From: Nemertoderma westbladi
Lineage: Eukaryota > Animalia > Xenacoelomorpha
Length of the DNA stretch: 64,000 nucleotides
NCBI GenBank assembly: GCA_032718475.1
Contig: JAUCBJ010008675.1
Coordinates: forward strand, 1-64,000
Reading direction: 5' to 3'
Shown here: in pieces, positions 24,547 to 37,525 of the stretch
Layout: each line of letters opens with the position of its first letter
Numbering within the stretch: position 1 is the stretch's first letter
Made by a program: the position numbers and the translations under genes
Notes under the pieces: generated by a model
The model's input: only the letters and a program-made list of their open reading frames with translations
Told to the model about the DNA's origin: nothing
Databases searched by the model: none

Positions 24547-25123
24547 ATAAATATTACGCTACGTGTACAGACTACTCAAACAAAATGCAGACCAAATACT
24601 GACAGACTACTATCAAGCCTAAACAAACTACGGTATATGCAGACTCCGAAATGGTTAGTTAGTATGCGTTCTAACCTAGTAATACGACTTATTCTTTCAG
24701 AGGGGGTTTACCTCACAGCGCTGGAAGCCCCTACGTTCCCAACTGGCACTTTATCGGACATACACTCTACACACACCGAAATTTCCTCAGACCTAACAAC
24801 AGCCAGACAACTATCCAGCCTACGAATTATCTAAATAAGAATTATACGCTACCTGTACAGACTACACAAACAAAGTACAGACCAAACGATGGCAGACTAC
24901 TATCAAGCCTAAATAAACTACAGTACATGCAGACTCCGAAATGATTAGTTAGTATGCGTTCTAACCTAGTAGTACGACTTATTCTTTCAAAGGGGGTTTA
25001 CCTCACAGCACTTGAAGCCCCTACGTTCCTAACTAGCACTTTATCGGACAGATGCTCTACACACACTGCAATCCGTTCAGACTTAACAACAGTCAGACAA
25101 CAGTCCAGCCTACAAATTGTCTG
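24547..25123. repeat. Two tandem copies of about 290 bp in the leader of M
   Basis: 24547-24835 and 24836-25123 share long identical runs (e.g. GTTAGTATGCGTTCTAACCTAGTA, GGGGGTTTACCTCACAGC). Confidence 0.9.
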
Positions 25124-25392
25124 TACAATCTGAGCAGGTTTACACGCCTTCTGCTCAATACTGGCCTACAAATAAATAAAACTGACAGAAATAAGTAAGC
25201 TCCAAAATAAACAAGGGGTGTACAGTCCCTAATCTCTTAAACAGCCTACCGGTATACAATTTCACAATCGAATAATACTGCTGTACCTGTACTGCTGTAG
25301 GTACCGGTCCGGGTGGTTAGGTAGTCAGGCCTACTAGGTACCGGTTGTCCGGTACTTCAGCTTTATTGCCTACTGCAATACAGAAGCTATAA

Positions 25393-25540
25393 CCGTTATT
25401 GTTCTTACCATAACAATATTAAACTGTATTTATTGCCTACCCTGCAATTAGATGATCTATCCGTTATTGTTCTTACCAGAACAATATTAAACTGTATTTA
25501 TTGCCTACCCTGCAATTAGACAGTATATCCGTTATTGTTC
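25393..25540. repeat. About 68-bp tandem repeat (roughly 2.2 copies) adjoining the LTR end
   Basis: CCGTTATTGTTC occurs three times; AATATTAAACTGTATTTATTGCCTACCCTGCAATTAGA twice. Confidence 0.85.
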
Positions 25541-26755
25541 GCGCTTTCAGACCTTTAGCAGTTTAACCTGCCAAATTTGGATGTCGTTTTAGATGATAAA
25601 TAGTCTTTAGCCTACGACAAATATTTGATACACTACATTAGCCGAAACCAGTCTATGCGCGATCATTCACCCGCTGGATATACCCGGGAGACTGGATTCG
25701 GAAGCCTAACCGTATTGCGGGATAGGTCTACTGTATTATTCGACTGATCTTAATATATATAATCTCTGACAATATTATTCACTTTCGGGAAATATTAACA
25801 GTTCCTTTAGGACGTGGCGCTTTAAATATATAAACAGAGTTATGACTTAAACTAGACACAACGGGATGGCTATAGATTCACGTATATGGCGCATTCTTTA
25901 GGAGATGCTTCGTTATCAATCACAGTCATACACAATACTGCACAATGCTGCACACTAATCTGCCGACCTTCACTAATTTTAGTCACATATAAGGAGAACA
26001 ACAGACAATACGTGTAGGGCCTATAAAATAGCATTAGATTCACTTCAAACCACTTAATGTAAGTCGCAATCGTTATATGTATCCGGTCTCTCTAACCTTT
26101 AGTATATCAAGAAGATTGGGGTGTCTGATTGTTTATCAGTATTCCAAATATAATATTTCATCAACAAATATAATGAATAACCGACAGCAAAAGCATTAAT
26201 GTTAAGGTATGAATGATTATGAGTGACTGAGTGAGATATGATCAGTTATGATTAGTTGAGTGAGATAACGGATATACGCTCTATAATTAAGCCTACTAAT
26301 GTTGATGCTAAAGACTGAAACACGGAGGTTCCACGCCGGTGTTGTAGGCTGTGGAAAAATCACATACTGACTCACTTCCCTAGTTTCTATCTACCATCTC
26401 TAACACAGAGGCAAAAAACGCTCTGATTGGTCGACCGAACAAAGAGAGAACAAAGAACAAAGAGATGTTCTACGTGGCAATATCAGCTGTTAGCCGTCGT
26501 CATGGTAGCGACACTGTTTCAAGAGGATCCGGCGTATTGCGTCATAGAATTGCTAATCATGTCCGCTAAAGTACACATACAGAAGAAATGGCTTTTATGT
26601 CCTCTAAAACAACAATACAGTAAGGACACGGCCTTTTATGCCTGTTAAACCAACTACAGAGTACTTTACGGGGAAAATAACCGGCTAATTACGCAAAAGC
26701 CTTTACATCTTGCTACGCAAATTATTTATTCCTATGATATACAAATCGGGTCACA
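25536..26755 (-). repeat. 5' LTR of element M (TGT...ACA, about 1.2 kb; inner boundary tentative)
   Basis: Starts TGTGAC; homologous to the two half-LTRs at 12286-12692 and 4071-4993. No convincing tRNA primer-binding site found downstream. Confidence 0.7.
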
Positions 26756-26809
26756 TGTGGAGAATGGCCTCGACACACAGAAAACATATTTTTTAATTTA
26801 AACATTTAA

Positions 26810-26942
26810 AATCAAATTCGAGAATTCTGGCTCTGTCTAGTCATGGACGCGACGGTGAGTTGAACTAATTGTAAATTATAAAGATTTGTAGAAAAATTTG
26901 GTCATCCGATGAAATGAAACTATATGTGTGGTCATGGTGTAT
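26810..26942. mobile_element. Diverged terminal arm of a MITE related to 30278-31196, next to the BEL LTR
   Basis: CGACGGTGAGTTGAACTA...TAAAGATTTGTAGAAAAAT...CATGGTGTA parallels 31066-31198. Confidence 0.55.
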
Positions 26943-27374
26943 TACTATCTTGATATTTATTTTTAATATTTATTTAACAACAATTAATTAAGCAAATTAA
27001 TCAAGCAAATTTTGCTTAGAAATAAGAAAAAATATCAAATTTAACCACAAATATATGTCCACTGGTAGCGATTTTCATAAAGGATTTTGGGCATAAATAG
27101 TTTTTTTTATCTTAGATCTTTATTTTTCTACCTTATTTAACTCTTCTAGGTCTTGGAGAAACCAACAAACGAGTTCAATTGATATCTGCGTCATTACCGC
27201 TGTTGCTAATTATTCTGACGTTAATTTTTGTTTTTTATTTCAAAATACAAGAACTTTCCCTTAGCCCCTTAGCTCAGGTTAGTGATTTATCAATACTGTG
27301 TATCACTGTATTCTATCGGTAGGCCTACTACTGTACTACTATAATACTGACTGATAGCATCAAATTTTCAGATT

Positions 27375-27630
27375 GAAAGGGGGGGGGGGGGGGGGGGGCT
27401 GGACGCAATAAAAATTCATCCCTCTTCAGGGGAAATTGGACGCAAATATTAGCTGATTACTCTCAAAAATGTAACTGTAATCTGTTCTATTGTGTTTAGT
27501 TTATTGTTTTGGTTAAAATAACGTGTCACTGTAACCTGCTCATTTCCCTAAATTGAGAATTTAACATTGAGGCGGGATATTATTTCGCCAAGATGGGATT
27601 TGCGTCCAATTCCCCCCATCCCTCTCTCAA
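27375..27630 (+). repeat. Dispersed non-autonomous repeat family with poly-G head; other copies at about 28035-28178, 34605-34700, 39810-40000 (minus), 42650-42810 and 48255 (partial)
   Basis: Shared core TGTTCTATTGTRTTTAGTTTATTGKTTTGGTTAA-ATAACGTGYCACYGTAACCTGCTC. Confidence 0.75.
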
Positions 27631-28942
27631 TATTTTATATTGAATTTATAAAAGTAGATGCACTCAATGCACTTACCACGGCCGGGTGCCAATAAGCTCA
27701 GGGTTAATTTTACAACAAAAGAAGGTATAACGTTACCTCTATGAACGGTTTGTCAAAAATTGTTTTAAAATAATCGAATTCCCAAATAACCACTAGGTGG
27801 TATACACTTTCACCATTATCCAATCTACGACATAGTGATTGGTTGGGATTACTGTGGCTGTTTGGAGCTGTCAGATGCGTTTTAAAACTGAAAGATTAAG
27901 CATACAAACGTTTAACTAAATGTAAAGGAGACCCCTAACTGCATTTAAATATACAAATTGTGGCCGTATGTATAGAATTTTAGAAATAAATTAATTGGTG
28001 CAGGCATTTCATGCCGTGAACAATTTAATTTATTCAGGGGGATCTTTCGACGCAATCAAAAGGGGAAAATCGACGCCAATAACAGCTGATAACTCCCAAA
28101 AATAAAATTGTAACCTGTTCTATTGTATTTAGTTTATTGTTTTGGTTAACATAACGTGCCACCGTAACCTGCTCCTTATATAATAAATATTAATCCAATT
28201 GTTATAATTTGAAGTGACCGTTTGTTGTTTAGATCATGGAATGCTATCCCTATACTACTAACGCGTGCAAGAGGTTTGTTAAGAAAATATAAACACCTTT
28301 AGACAAGATGATGCAACTTATATTATAGTTGGTTACTTCTATACACAGAGACCCGGGCAGTTCCTCCGCGTGCAGATGTCTTCATTGATGGAGCGAGACA
28401 CGTCAATAGTAGAGCCATTAGCGAATGAGAACTATTATATTTTTATTTTATTGGTTTTGGTTTGTCTGTCTGTCTTGTGGTGAGTGTGTTTGTGTCCCAT
28501 ATCCTCTCACAACAGAAGACAGACAAACTGGGATATAAATAGAATCCTTAAAAACACCACTATAGTTATCTTATTGTTGCCGTGCCGCTGGTGAAATCGG
28601 CTTTGCCATTGACGTGTTCTCGGTATTATTTGGGCATTAGATTGATATGAGATGTACAAGATATTAACTTAATATTATTCGTGTGCAGTTGTAGCAGTTA
28701 TATTGTTTCTTAAAAGTTAATCATTTATTAATATTTGTATATATAATATATAACGTTAATAATAATAATATCAAGAATTTAGTGTTTTATATTCCAATAC
28801 TATTTGACAATGCATATCTGGGTCTGCTGTTAAACATCTCTTTCTTATCTTCAATTTATCAGCGATTTTCATCCAAAGACCGTGTGTTTATGTTTAGTGT
28901 TTTATGCTGTAATATGTAATGAATTAACTATTTTATTTTTAG

Positions 28943-29903
28943 GAAAGCTTCAATGAGATCGTCAATAAACCTCATATTATCCCAGTTGGCCCTCGCCGAT
29001 ATATTAATATCATTGCTCACGATTCCCCCAGTTCTTTCGTCATTATCCTTCAACACCCGACCATCCGAGTCGTTGTGTCGTCTCTTCGGATTTCTCTACA
29101 CCGCGTTCAACCAAGAAGCATCGCTAACGCTCCTGATAATATCGGTCGACCGATACTTCAACATCTGCCACAAACGAGAGAAGCTGACGACAAAACGAGG
29201 GAAGTGTTGGTGCGTGGGTAGTTGGTTGGTCTCCCTATTGGTGTCGCTACCCCCGCTACTGGGCTGGTCCCAGTACGGTGTGTCCGACACGCGCCCGGAG
29301 TGCACCCTCCTCACTCCGACGAGCTGGATGTCTTCCCTTCACGAAGTTATATCCTCGACTCTCGGATTAATAGCTCCTTGCGGTATAATGGCCTACACGT
29401 ATCTCTCGATACTGACTACAGTCCGACACAAAACCTTCCGAGTAGAAGACGACCCTTCTAATATCTGGTTACCAAAGTACGGTTTATGGCACCATAAACG
29501 AAGTTCCCACTTCCACGAATCTCTGAACTTTAAAACTCGGAACTTTTCTACTCTGCTACTCATGTATATAATCTACAGTTGTTTGGGAATCCCATACCAC
29601 GGTGTTCACATCGTACGAGCGTTTACCGGGCGTGAACCGTTCGGTTACCTAGGTAACAGCGTTGCAGTGTGTCTCGCGTTTACCGTTGTCGGTATCAACC
29701 CTGTCATCTACTTCCTTCGAATCTATCGATTCCGGCAGACCTGTCGGCAACTCGCGCCGTTGCCGCTAGGGGGCCTCGTGTCTACTACGACTACCTCGGT
29801 CAGTACGCTGCGCAGGATTCATCCGGAGTTAGTTTATATGAGTCGGAAACAGTCCGGAATCTCGTTGATGGAGTCTATTACTGTCGGAAAGGAGGCGCAG
29901 TAG
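28943..29903 (+). CDS. Rhodopsin-class GPCR, GPR45/GPR63 (PSP24)-like; last coding exon, TM2-TM7
   Basis: Acceptor ttttattttttAG at 28942, then KASMRSSINLILSQLALAD, LLIISVDRY, REKL, FKTRNFSTLL and NPVIY, which match remembered GPR63/45 motifs. TM1 exon not located. Confidence 0.8.
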
Positions 29904-30277
29904 GTAGGCGGGTGAGGGTGGGAGGCGTCAAATAGTCTGGAATATCCTTATTGACTTTAATAGTAAACAACCAATCAGATAACAGATCATTCGAGATCAT
30001 CTCCATTAATATATTATAATAATATTTTTTTTCAATTATGTTAATGTACCTTTTGTTTATGCTAGCGTTATATGTTTCCCGCAGCTATACATTTTATCGT
30101 GCTTGTGGTCGAATACTTCTAGGAATCTTCATATTACTTTTTTTACACAGAAATGTAAAGTGTAGAATGTTTCATTTATCCAAATTCATATGGGGTGGAA
30201 AATTCATATACCTTTTGACTTTCGGCTTGACTTTATGGGGAGTCAGTTAAATTAAATCAAATTTAATATTTAATATA

Positions 30278-31196
30278 CAGCATGTCCCGTAATATAGTGT
30301 CATTTTCTGATGACACGGACCCCCCCCCCCCCCCCCCCCCCAAATTTTTCTACAAATCTTTATCATATTGCTTGAACTTTGAAACACAACTAGTTCCACT
30401 CACCGTGGTTGACGCCATGAAGCTGGAATTTTCGATTTTGCCTTTAAATTTTTTTTATAGGCGTTTTAAAAAGGTGTCTTTTGCGAAATCGCACCCTCCG
30501 TGTCGTGGCCATTCTTCGCATTAGTCGTAATTTTTTCATATCATTAGAAAGCTTGCGTTGCAAGGATTCATAATATGTAACAATATCTGAATTTCGTTGA
30601 GAAACAGCTGAGATATAGGCGTTCAAATATTGCAAGAATTATTGTTTATTGGAGGCCATTTATTATATTTAATAAATACACGATATTCTGGAACATTTTG
30701 TTTAACTATGAATAGCTACACAATAGATATATTGGATAGGAATACCGCTGTTGCCAACCAACTCATAAAATAAATAACACGTTCTAGAATATTGTGTATT
30801 TATTGAATAGAATAAATGTCCCTCAGCGAACGATACTTCTTGTAATCTTTGATCGCCAGTATATCTCAGTTGTTTCTCAACGAAATTCAGATATTGTTAC
30901 ATATTATGAATCCTTGCAAGGCAAGCTGTTTAATGATATGAAAAAATTACGACTAATATAAAGAATGCAATGATACGGAGGGTGCGATTTCGCGAAAGAC
31001 ACTTTTTTAAAAGCCTATAAAAAAATGTAAAGGAAAAATCGAAAATTCCTGCTTCATGGGGTCATCGACGGTGAGTGGAACTAGTTGTGTTTCAAATTTC
31101 AAGCAATATGATAAAGATTTGTAGAAAAATCTGGGGGGGGGGGGGGGGGGGTGGCCCGTGTCATCATAAAATGACACTATATTACGGGACATGGTG
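30278..31196. mobile_element. Fold-back MITE with inverted arms of about 420 bp and TA target duplication (Tc1/mariner-type ends)
   Basis: TA|CAGCATGTCCCGTAATATAGTGTCATTTT...AAAATGACACTATATTACGGGACATGGTG|TA; arms are reverse-complementary up to a short central spacer. Confidence 0.9.
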
Positions 31197-32450
31197 TATA
31201 TAATATCAATCTGTAGTAAATCGATGATGAAAACTATCGAGATGAAATGTTTGTTTTTAAAATAATTCCATCGGAGATATCCTGGAGGTTTTTACGAGTT
31301 CATTATTTAATTAATTAACAGATTTTATGCGAAGCACCTTGTGTTAGTAGACGGTTGATTAAGCCGCTCAATCCGGTATTAATTACTGATCCCACTAAAC
31401 CGTCTTCCAGCGAGAGGAGCGACGGAAGAGTGTTGTACTAAACATCCTCCACTCAATACAACTCGTTATTCACGCGGGTTTTCTTTCAGAAAGATTATCT
31501 CTTCGAGTGGAGATAATGTTTGCTGTAGGGCAGTTGTAGATCGGTCATCAGCAGGAATTAAATCCAAGTAACTAGACACAAATAATGACTCCCTTATAAG
31601 GAGGGAAAATAATGCTACTCTCTGAATAATGAGATGATCATGAGATGCTCACATTTCCAATGAAAAGTTCACGATTCTAAATTGCGGAATAATTATTTTA
31701 TTAATTTCTTTGTTTCGCAATTTGTTCTTTGTTTATTCGAGGACTCAAAAAATACGTATTTTTTTTAAACTGATGTAATATGATTATATAATAATTATTT
31801 TACAGTTTATCACAAATTTACTATAATTTATCATCTTATTAGCGATGCAATTTTGTTTAGTCCAGGATTAGCGGTTATTATTTAGAGAGTATGACAAGCT
31901 ATCTGCGTCGTTTAGCTCATGCGTGTGAGCGTAAGCGTGCACAACGAGTTCATGTCTCGTTTACAACACGTTTTGTACACAATTAATTGTTTGACCTTGT
32001 AAGAATTAAATTCGCGTATTGTTGTGCCGGCTCCTTTAGCCTCCTGGCACGTATCGTAATACCGTAAAGTGAATGGTGACCCTGGAATCTTTTCTTTTTG
32101 TAGTGCCATTCAGCTGGCTGTCTGTCTGTGTGCAGTAAGTGCATGTATTATTCGTACTTTACCGTATCACAAGAGAACAATTAATTGCTCCCAACATGCG
32201 ACGACGAGAAAAACAAACCACTTATTTCGTGCTGTGTTACTGTGTTATTTATGGGTTTAGCATCTATCCGTGTAAAAAAAAACTTAAATTTAGGTGTGTT
32301 TGCGCATGCATGGGGGTTACTGCATAATATGCGCCAATTTTTATGTACCCAATATGTCCGTGCATTCCTATCTATTCTTATTAACCTTAATGCACAATAT
32401 ACAGACATTAAGAAGTGAAATGTCGTTTTGATTTATAATGGCAGTTCAAA

Positions 32451-32559
32451 TGGGTATAAACGTTATGCCTATGCCCAAAATTCATGACCCATGCCCAAAC
32501 CCAAATCCCATGCCCTTTTGGGCATGAGTTTGGGCATGGGCATAACGTTATTACACCCA
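32451..32559. repeat. Small palindromic element with ATGCCC subrepeats
   Basis: TGGGTATAAACGTTATGCC...GGCATAACGTTATTACACCCA. Confidence 0.7.
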
Positions 32560-35374
32560 GTTCGAATCCGGCGTCTGAGTCTGAGGTAACTGTAATATAA
32601 TTATTAATTAAAATTATCTGAAGTACTGGAGAGGAGAGGTTTAAAGATCTTCTTATTGCGCAATACCGGTACATTTTAGAACTATAATTATTAGTTATCC
32701 CATTGAGAAGGACACTAATTCGGCGTGTTTCCCGGCCCCATATTATCCGTTTGTGGTTCTGCGTCTGTCGTCTGAGAACCTACATTTGTAATGTCATGGA
32801 CACAGACAGCTGATTGACTGTAAGTAAACCTATTCGTCAAGAAATGTTGAATTATAGAGAACAACAAAGGGACGTCTTTGGGACTTTAGGGCGCGTTAAT
32901 AATAATTACTGGCGCGTAAGAGGGCAGATTGGGAAGAAGATTCCTACGGCGACAGAAGGAATTATTTCGTTGCTAGGGCTGTAAGGTTTGTTAACTAAAT
33001 CAGTGCCGGAACCACTCTTATTGTTAACACGGAAGTATCTACTGTACCTCCCACAGTAGAAGGATTCCTACTGCCGTCACAGTTGCCTTTATTAGTTGAG
33101 TTGGTCCGCTTTATAATTGCTAGCCATTTGAGTTGCCATAATCGAATCAGACAATAGCACCTAGTAGGTTGGGGCCAATCTTTTGGTAAATCTCTTCGTA
33201 CCCTAGTAGTGGCTGTGTAGCGGAGCTTCACTAAGTTAGATGGGGGTTCAAGGGTCAGTCGTAGAAAGCCCAATATTGTAGATAGAAAGCAATCTGTTCG
33301 ACGGAGCGTCGCAGGTTTACTGTGTGGTTCCCACGTGGAGATTAGTGACGTATTAGTAAATGTTAAACCGATAAAATACACCAGATGACGGGTTATAAAC
33401 AATATCCGATGTATAACATTACTGTAAATATTTGCTTTGTCCCTTCTGGCTCTATAATAAATAAATCATTTCAATGTTTAAAAAATCTAAAAGTATTGTA
33501 CTGTAGTTTTGCTTATAAGCCTCTTAATTTAGACCTAACAACTGTAGTCCCTATTTTAGAAACATCTTTCATTATAGTAAAATAATTAATGTTAGTTTGT
33601 AAGGGTGTCGGCAATTTCATTGGCAACGCGTCTTGGTCCTTTGGTCGTTGGGTCTTACGTATCCTTGTATTTGTATTGTATTTTGTAGCAATTAATTGTA
33701 CTTTATGTACAGCTGATTATACTCGCAAATATGAACTATAGTAAAACCTATGCTAATATTGGCTGTTGTTTAATGTTTGATTAGAATAACATGTCTCTGT
33801 AACCGGCACCTTTCCCTTAATATTCTCAGGACCTAACGCCTCGGGCGGGACCCAACAACCGAAGGATCTAATGACGCGGAACCATTTCATTACCTCATAT
33901 CTTCGCAAGAGAAGCGAGCTACGTCATCAGGATATTAAACATTAATGTATATCGTTTACATTCACCTCGGCAGGCATAGATCTTTCGTTTTGTGTTTTTA
34001 TACTTTCTATTGTGTGAGTTAACTAAATGACTTGTCACACTGCATTCGAATTCACAGAGACAATCAGCATTAACATTCCTCTTTCATCTTTAAGCCAATC
34101 AAAAAACTTTCCGATTCAATGGAAGAGAAAAAGTCAAGGAGGTGAATTTAAAAATGATTAAAACCGAAAACAGGCTGTCTTCTTATAAATGGTGACCTTC
34201 GAGGCAGGAAATTCCGAAAAATTCATTTAAAACTGCAACTAAACGATTTGAAACAATTTGATTTGGGTTGGTTGTTAGAATGTTACCGTAGGAATCCTTG
34301 TAAGCGCTGTGGCGTTAACTAATTCGGCTCCTATATGAAGCGACACCCACGATATATCATATACCCAAATCATCAAAGTCCATCGATTTGGATTAGAAAC
34401 GCAATTCAGTTCGGTTCATCGGCCCGTTTTATTTAATTACAAAGAAATTGACTTGTGTCGACTATAGAATTAAACTCGCTGTTCATCCAACTGTAGGCTA
34501 CTGTACATTTCATATTTTTTTTTATTCAAATAATACCAGAGTTTTAAGGCGGAATAGTAACACGATATCAGTAGTAGTGTAGGCCCTTACTAATAACTCA
34601 CTAAAATGAAACTGTAACCTGTTTCATTGACTGATTGTTTTTCAATAAACTAACGTAACCTGCTCCTTTTCTTTAATGAATAATTGAACATTAAGACGAC
34701 AAGATATTAATTCGATGGGATGGTATCTGCATCGCGTGCCCCACCCCCCTCCATTCACGACACCTACCGGGTATATCTCCACTATAAATTTTCCATCTAA
34801 CATATCTTTTATGTGTCCCCAGCATTTCAGAAATATTTAATAAGTAATATTTGAAATACATATATTATATTCTTAAATATTATGTAATATAGTAATATAG
34901 AAGACAGAATAGGAATGGGCACCTTTATATACTTTGGTTAAATAACAATATCATTACAGTTACAGTAAATTTATAGGACAATCATAAAACCTACTCTACT
35001 TAACTGAAAGTTTACGATAAATGTACTTAAAAAAACTTAAACTTAAAAAGTTTACTTAAAAAACCCTTTTCGTTTAATTTAATGATAACTTAAAATTATT
35101 TAAATTTAAATAAGTTTTGTTTTTTTACTATAAATAAGTTAACCATTACCAAATGGACAAACCCCCAATAACCTCGAACTACACACACGTGTTGACTTTA
35201 CAAAACTCCAGCATATTATGTTAATTAATTAATAAGTATGTAACAATATTTGGAATGTGTTTCGGAAGCTAAAAAGTATAAAATAATCAAACATTAAACG
35301 CCACAAATATTCCAGCAAAATTATCGCACTTAACAATGAGTCACGTGGTTTCTTGAAAAAATATATTATTCAAG

Positions 35375-37525
35375 TTATTTGTGAGGCGGATAGAGCCAAG
35401 GGCTTCTTGTGTATGGTGAGAAATTATCGGGGACGTACATATCTGCTGGTAGGTGGGGTAAATAGTTATAGTTAAAACCAGAACGCTGAAGAAAAGAGGT
35501 GTAACCGAAGTACAGAGGATGATTGGGGGGCAAGGGTGGGGGAAACATGGGTCTCCCAGGGGGGACACCTCCCAGATCGAACATTGGTGATGTCATGGGC
35601 TTGATTGGGCTCGGGATTGGTTTCATAGGTGTCAACATATCGGATAGATTCAGTGGTTTAGACGGTTCTTTAGTTGGCGATAATAACATTGGAATATCAT
35701 GTCGAGATAGTTTTGATTGCAAACTATTCCCAGACTGATTCAATCGGTCTAAGCTTTCATTGGACGAACTCTGTCCACTGGGAGAGTCCATTTCCTTAGC
35801 GTCGTTGTTTTTATTATTCGGAGAAATATTAGTGGAATTAGGAACGCCAATAATATTGTCCAAATTCTCACGACTCGGTAAGTCTTCCAGTGAGTTCAGT
35901 TTAGGGGCGGTCATATCACTTTGCCAAATTGTCGACTCATTCTCGTGTTTTTTCAAGTGCCTCTCCAAATTCGTTTGTTGGCCGAAACATTTCTCGCAGA
36001 TGCGGCATTTGTATGGTTTCTCGCGATTATGGATGTTACGCACGTGTCGCTGCAAGTTGGAGGATATGGAGAAGGCGCGCGAGCAATACTTGCAGGAGTA
36101 GGGTTGCTCGCCCGTGTGGGTGCGGAGGTGGCGCGTCAGGTTGGCACTGCGCGGGAACATCTTGCCGCAGTACTTACACATGTAGCGGTCGCGCGGTTTT
36201 ACCGCGCCCCCTGGTGGAGAGACGGGGGGTCTACACAGGTCGAGTCGAGGGTGGCTGGTCGAGGGGTGGAAGCGGGAACGCATCATAAAGTCGGTGGGGG
36301 GAACGAGCTGGGCTCGGTTCATGTACGGAGTCGTCGGGTTGTAGACGGGACTTGGATGGGGCGGTGGCCCGAACTGGGGAGAGAAGAACCCCCGTCGATG
36401 TCGCCACATTTCCCGGTGGTACAGAGACTCCCGATTCTGCCAATCAGACTCCAGATTCAACCTCAGCGATCCCATAGCAACAGGTTCATTTTCCTCATCC
36501 GTATCTCCTTTCCCCTCAACATCTATGATCATTTCGGAGTCGCTAATTTGTTTATCGTCGTTGTTTGTCGTCTCGAATTTGGAGTTTCCATCATTGATGT
36601 CAACCTCATTGATTTCACTCTTTTTGTTTGACAAATCCAGTGGTTCATCGTGTTCAGAGGAATGATCCGCCCCCTTCCGCTCAATTGTCAGATCAAACGG
36701 TTGGTTGTTACAAGATGACATTTCTTTTACTTCACTCTGATTGCTGTAATCAATTGGTTCTTCTGGCGATATTCCATTCGCCAAAGAGGCTGTTGAATGA
36801 AAAGTGGAAATGCGTTTATCATTTCCGTTTGGAACTGAATTTTTAGTGAACTTTGAAAGCATATGAAGTGGTGTATCTACGCCATGCGACTGAAGGAAGA
36901 CCAATCTATCGTGTTTAACTTTCGCATCGAGATCTTGAGGTCTTAAGGAATGGAAGGGTTCGAAAGCATCCCTGGTCATGCAGTTCATGGATGAGAGTCG
37001 ATTGGATGGTGAGACCACACCGGGAGGGAGGAACCCTATAGGATGTGAGTCGCTTAGTGGTTTCCGATCTACGGACACTTTGTTGCAGAAACGTCGGTGT
37101 TTATTGAGCGAACTTAGCGATTTAAAACGGTCACCGCATGAGCCGCATGATAGCTGACGACGGCAGTCGGCGTGGAGCCGTTTATGGCGACATAAGTTGG
37201 AGAACTGGGTGTAGGATTTATAGCAAACATCGCAGCTGAATGGTTTTACTGAACTGTGGATGTGAGCGTGTTGTTTTAGACCGCTGAGACTCGCGAAACC
37301 CTTTCCGCATTGCGGACACACGTGTATGCGAGAGTGCTCATCCTCCTGGTAATGCATCTGGTGACTCACAGGCGAGGAATAGTTATTCTTTGTCGTCGTA
37401 TTTTCGTCCGTTTCGTATTCTGTATCGTATTCACCGTCTTCCTCGTTGTGACTGAAGTTCTTGTTGACATCGTCAGATCCCATGTCTGAGGAGTCGTCCT
37501 CACTGGATGATACGTCGGAATAATA
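35375..37525 (-). CDS. MECOM/PRDM16: MECOM(EVI1)/PRDM16 (hamlet/egl-43) family C2H2 zinc-finger transcription factor, terminal exon
   Basis: [40 protein letters not shown]; CtBP motifs PFDLT and PLDLS; [20 protein letters not shown]...[15 protein letters not shown]. Acceptor TTTCAG at 37526. Confidence 0.93.
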   Translation of the reverse strand, partial: YYSDVSSSEDDSSDMGSDDVNKNFSHNEEDGEYDTEYETDENTTTKNNYSSPVSHQMHYQEDEHSRIHVCPQCGKGFASLSGLKQHAHIHSSVKPFSCDVCYKSYTQFSNLCRHKRLHADCRRQLSCGSCGDRFKSLSSLNKHRRFCNKVSVDRKPLSDSHPIGFLPPGVVSPSNRLSSMNCMTRDAFEPFHSLRPQDLDAKVKHDRLVFLQSHGVDTPLHMLSKFTKNSVPNGNDKRISTFHSTASLANGISPEEPIDYSNQSEVKEMSSCNNQPFDLTIERKGADHSSEHDEPLDLSNKKSEINEVDINDGNSKFETTNNDDKQISDSEMIIDVEGKGDTDEENEPVAMGSLRLNLESDWQNRESLYHREMWRHRRGFFSPQFGPPPHPSPVYNPTTPYMNRAQLVPPTDFMMRSRFHPSTSHPRLDLCRPPVSPPGGAVKPRDRYMCKYCGKMFPRSANLTRHLRTHTGEQPYSCKYCSRAFSISSNLQRHVRNIHNREKPYKCRICEKCFGQQTNLERHLKKHENESTIWQSDMTAPKLNSLEDLPSRENLDNIIGVPNSTNISPNNKNNDAKEMDSPSGQSSSNESLDRLNQSGNSLQSKLSRHDIPMLLSPTKEPSKPLNLSDMLTPMKPIPSPIKPMTSPMFDLGGVPPGRPMFPPPLPPNHPLYFGYTSFLQRSGFNYNYLPHLPADMYVPDNFSPYTRSPWLYPPHK

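Larger units (their letters stand above)
1..26755 (-). mobile_element. Giant BEL/Pao LTR retrotransposon (element M), interrupted by nested block 4071-12692; 3' end not seen in window
   Basis: TGTGAC-starting LTR-like terminus at 26755, about 2.4-kb repeat-rich leader, single gag-pol polyprotein with BEL/Pao domain order, then non-coding spacer and accessory ORF running to 1441. Membership of bases 1-1440 is inferred only. Confidence 0.85.

Noticed and set aside
12286-26755. Element with inverted terminal repeats (DIRS-like or DNA-transposon-like BEL)
   Set aside because: The apparent left repeat is the half-LTR of nested copy P. Flanks GAAAC and TGTGG do not match, and the accessory ORF continues at 4070.
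32995-33402. 135-aa ORF or LINE ORF1 esterase relic (LHVGT)
   Set aside because: Single short motif with stops nearby; insufficient support.
35921-36631. 236-aa plus-strand ORF
   Set aside because: Antisense shadow of the GC-rich zinc-finger exon.
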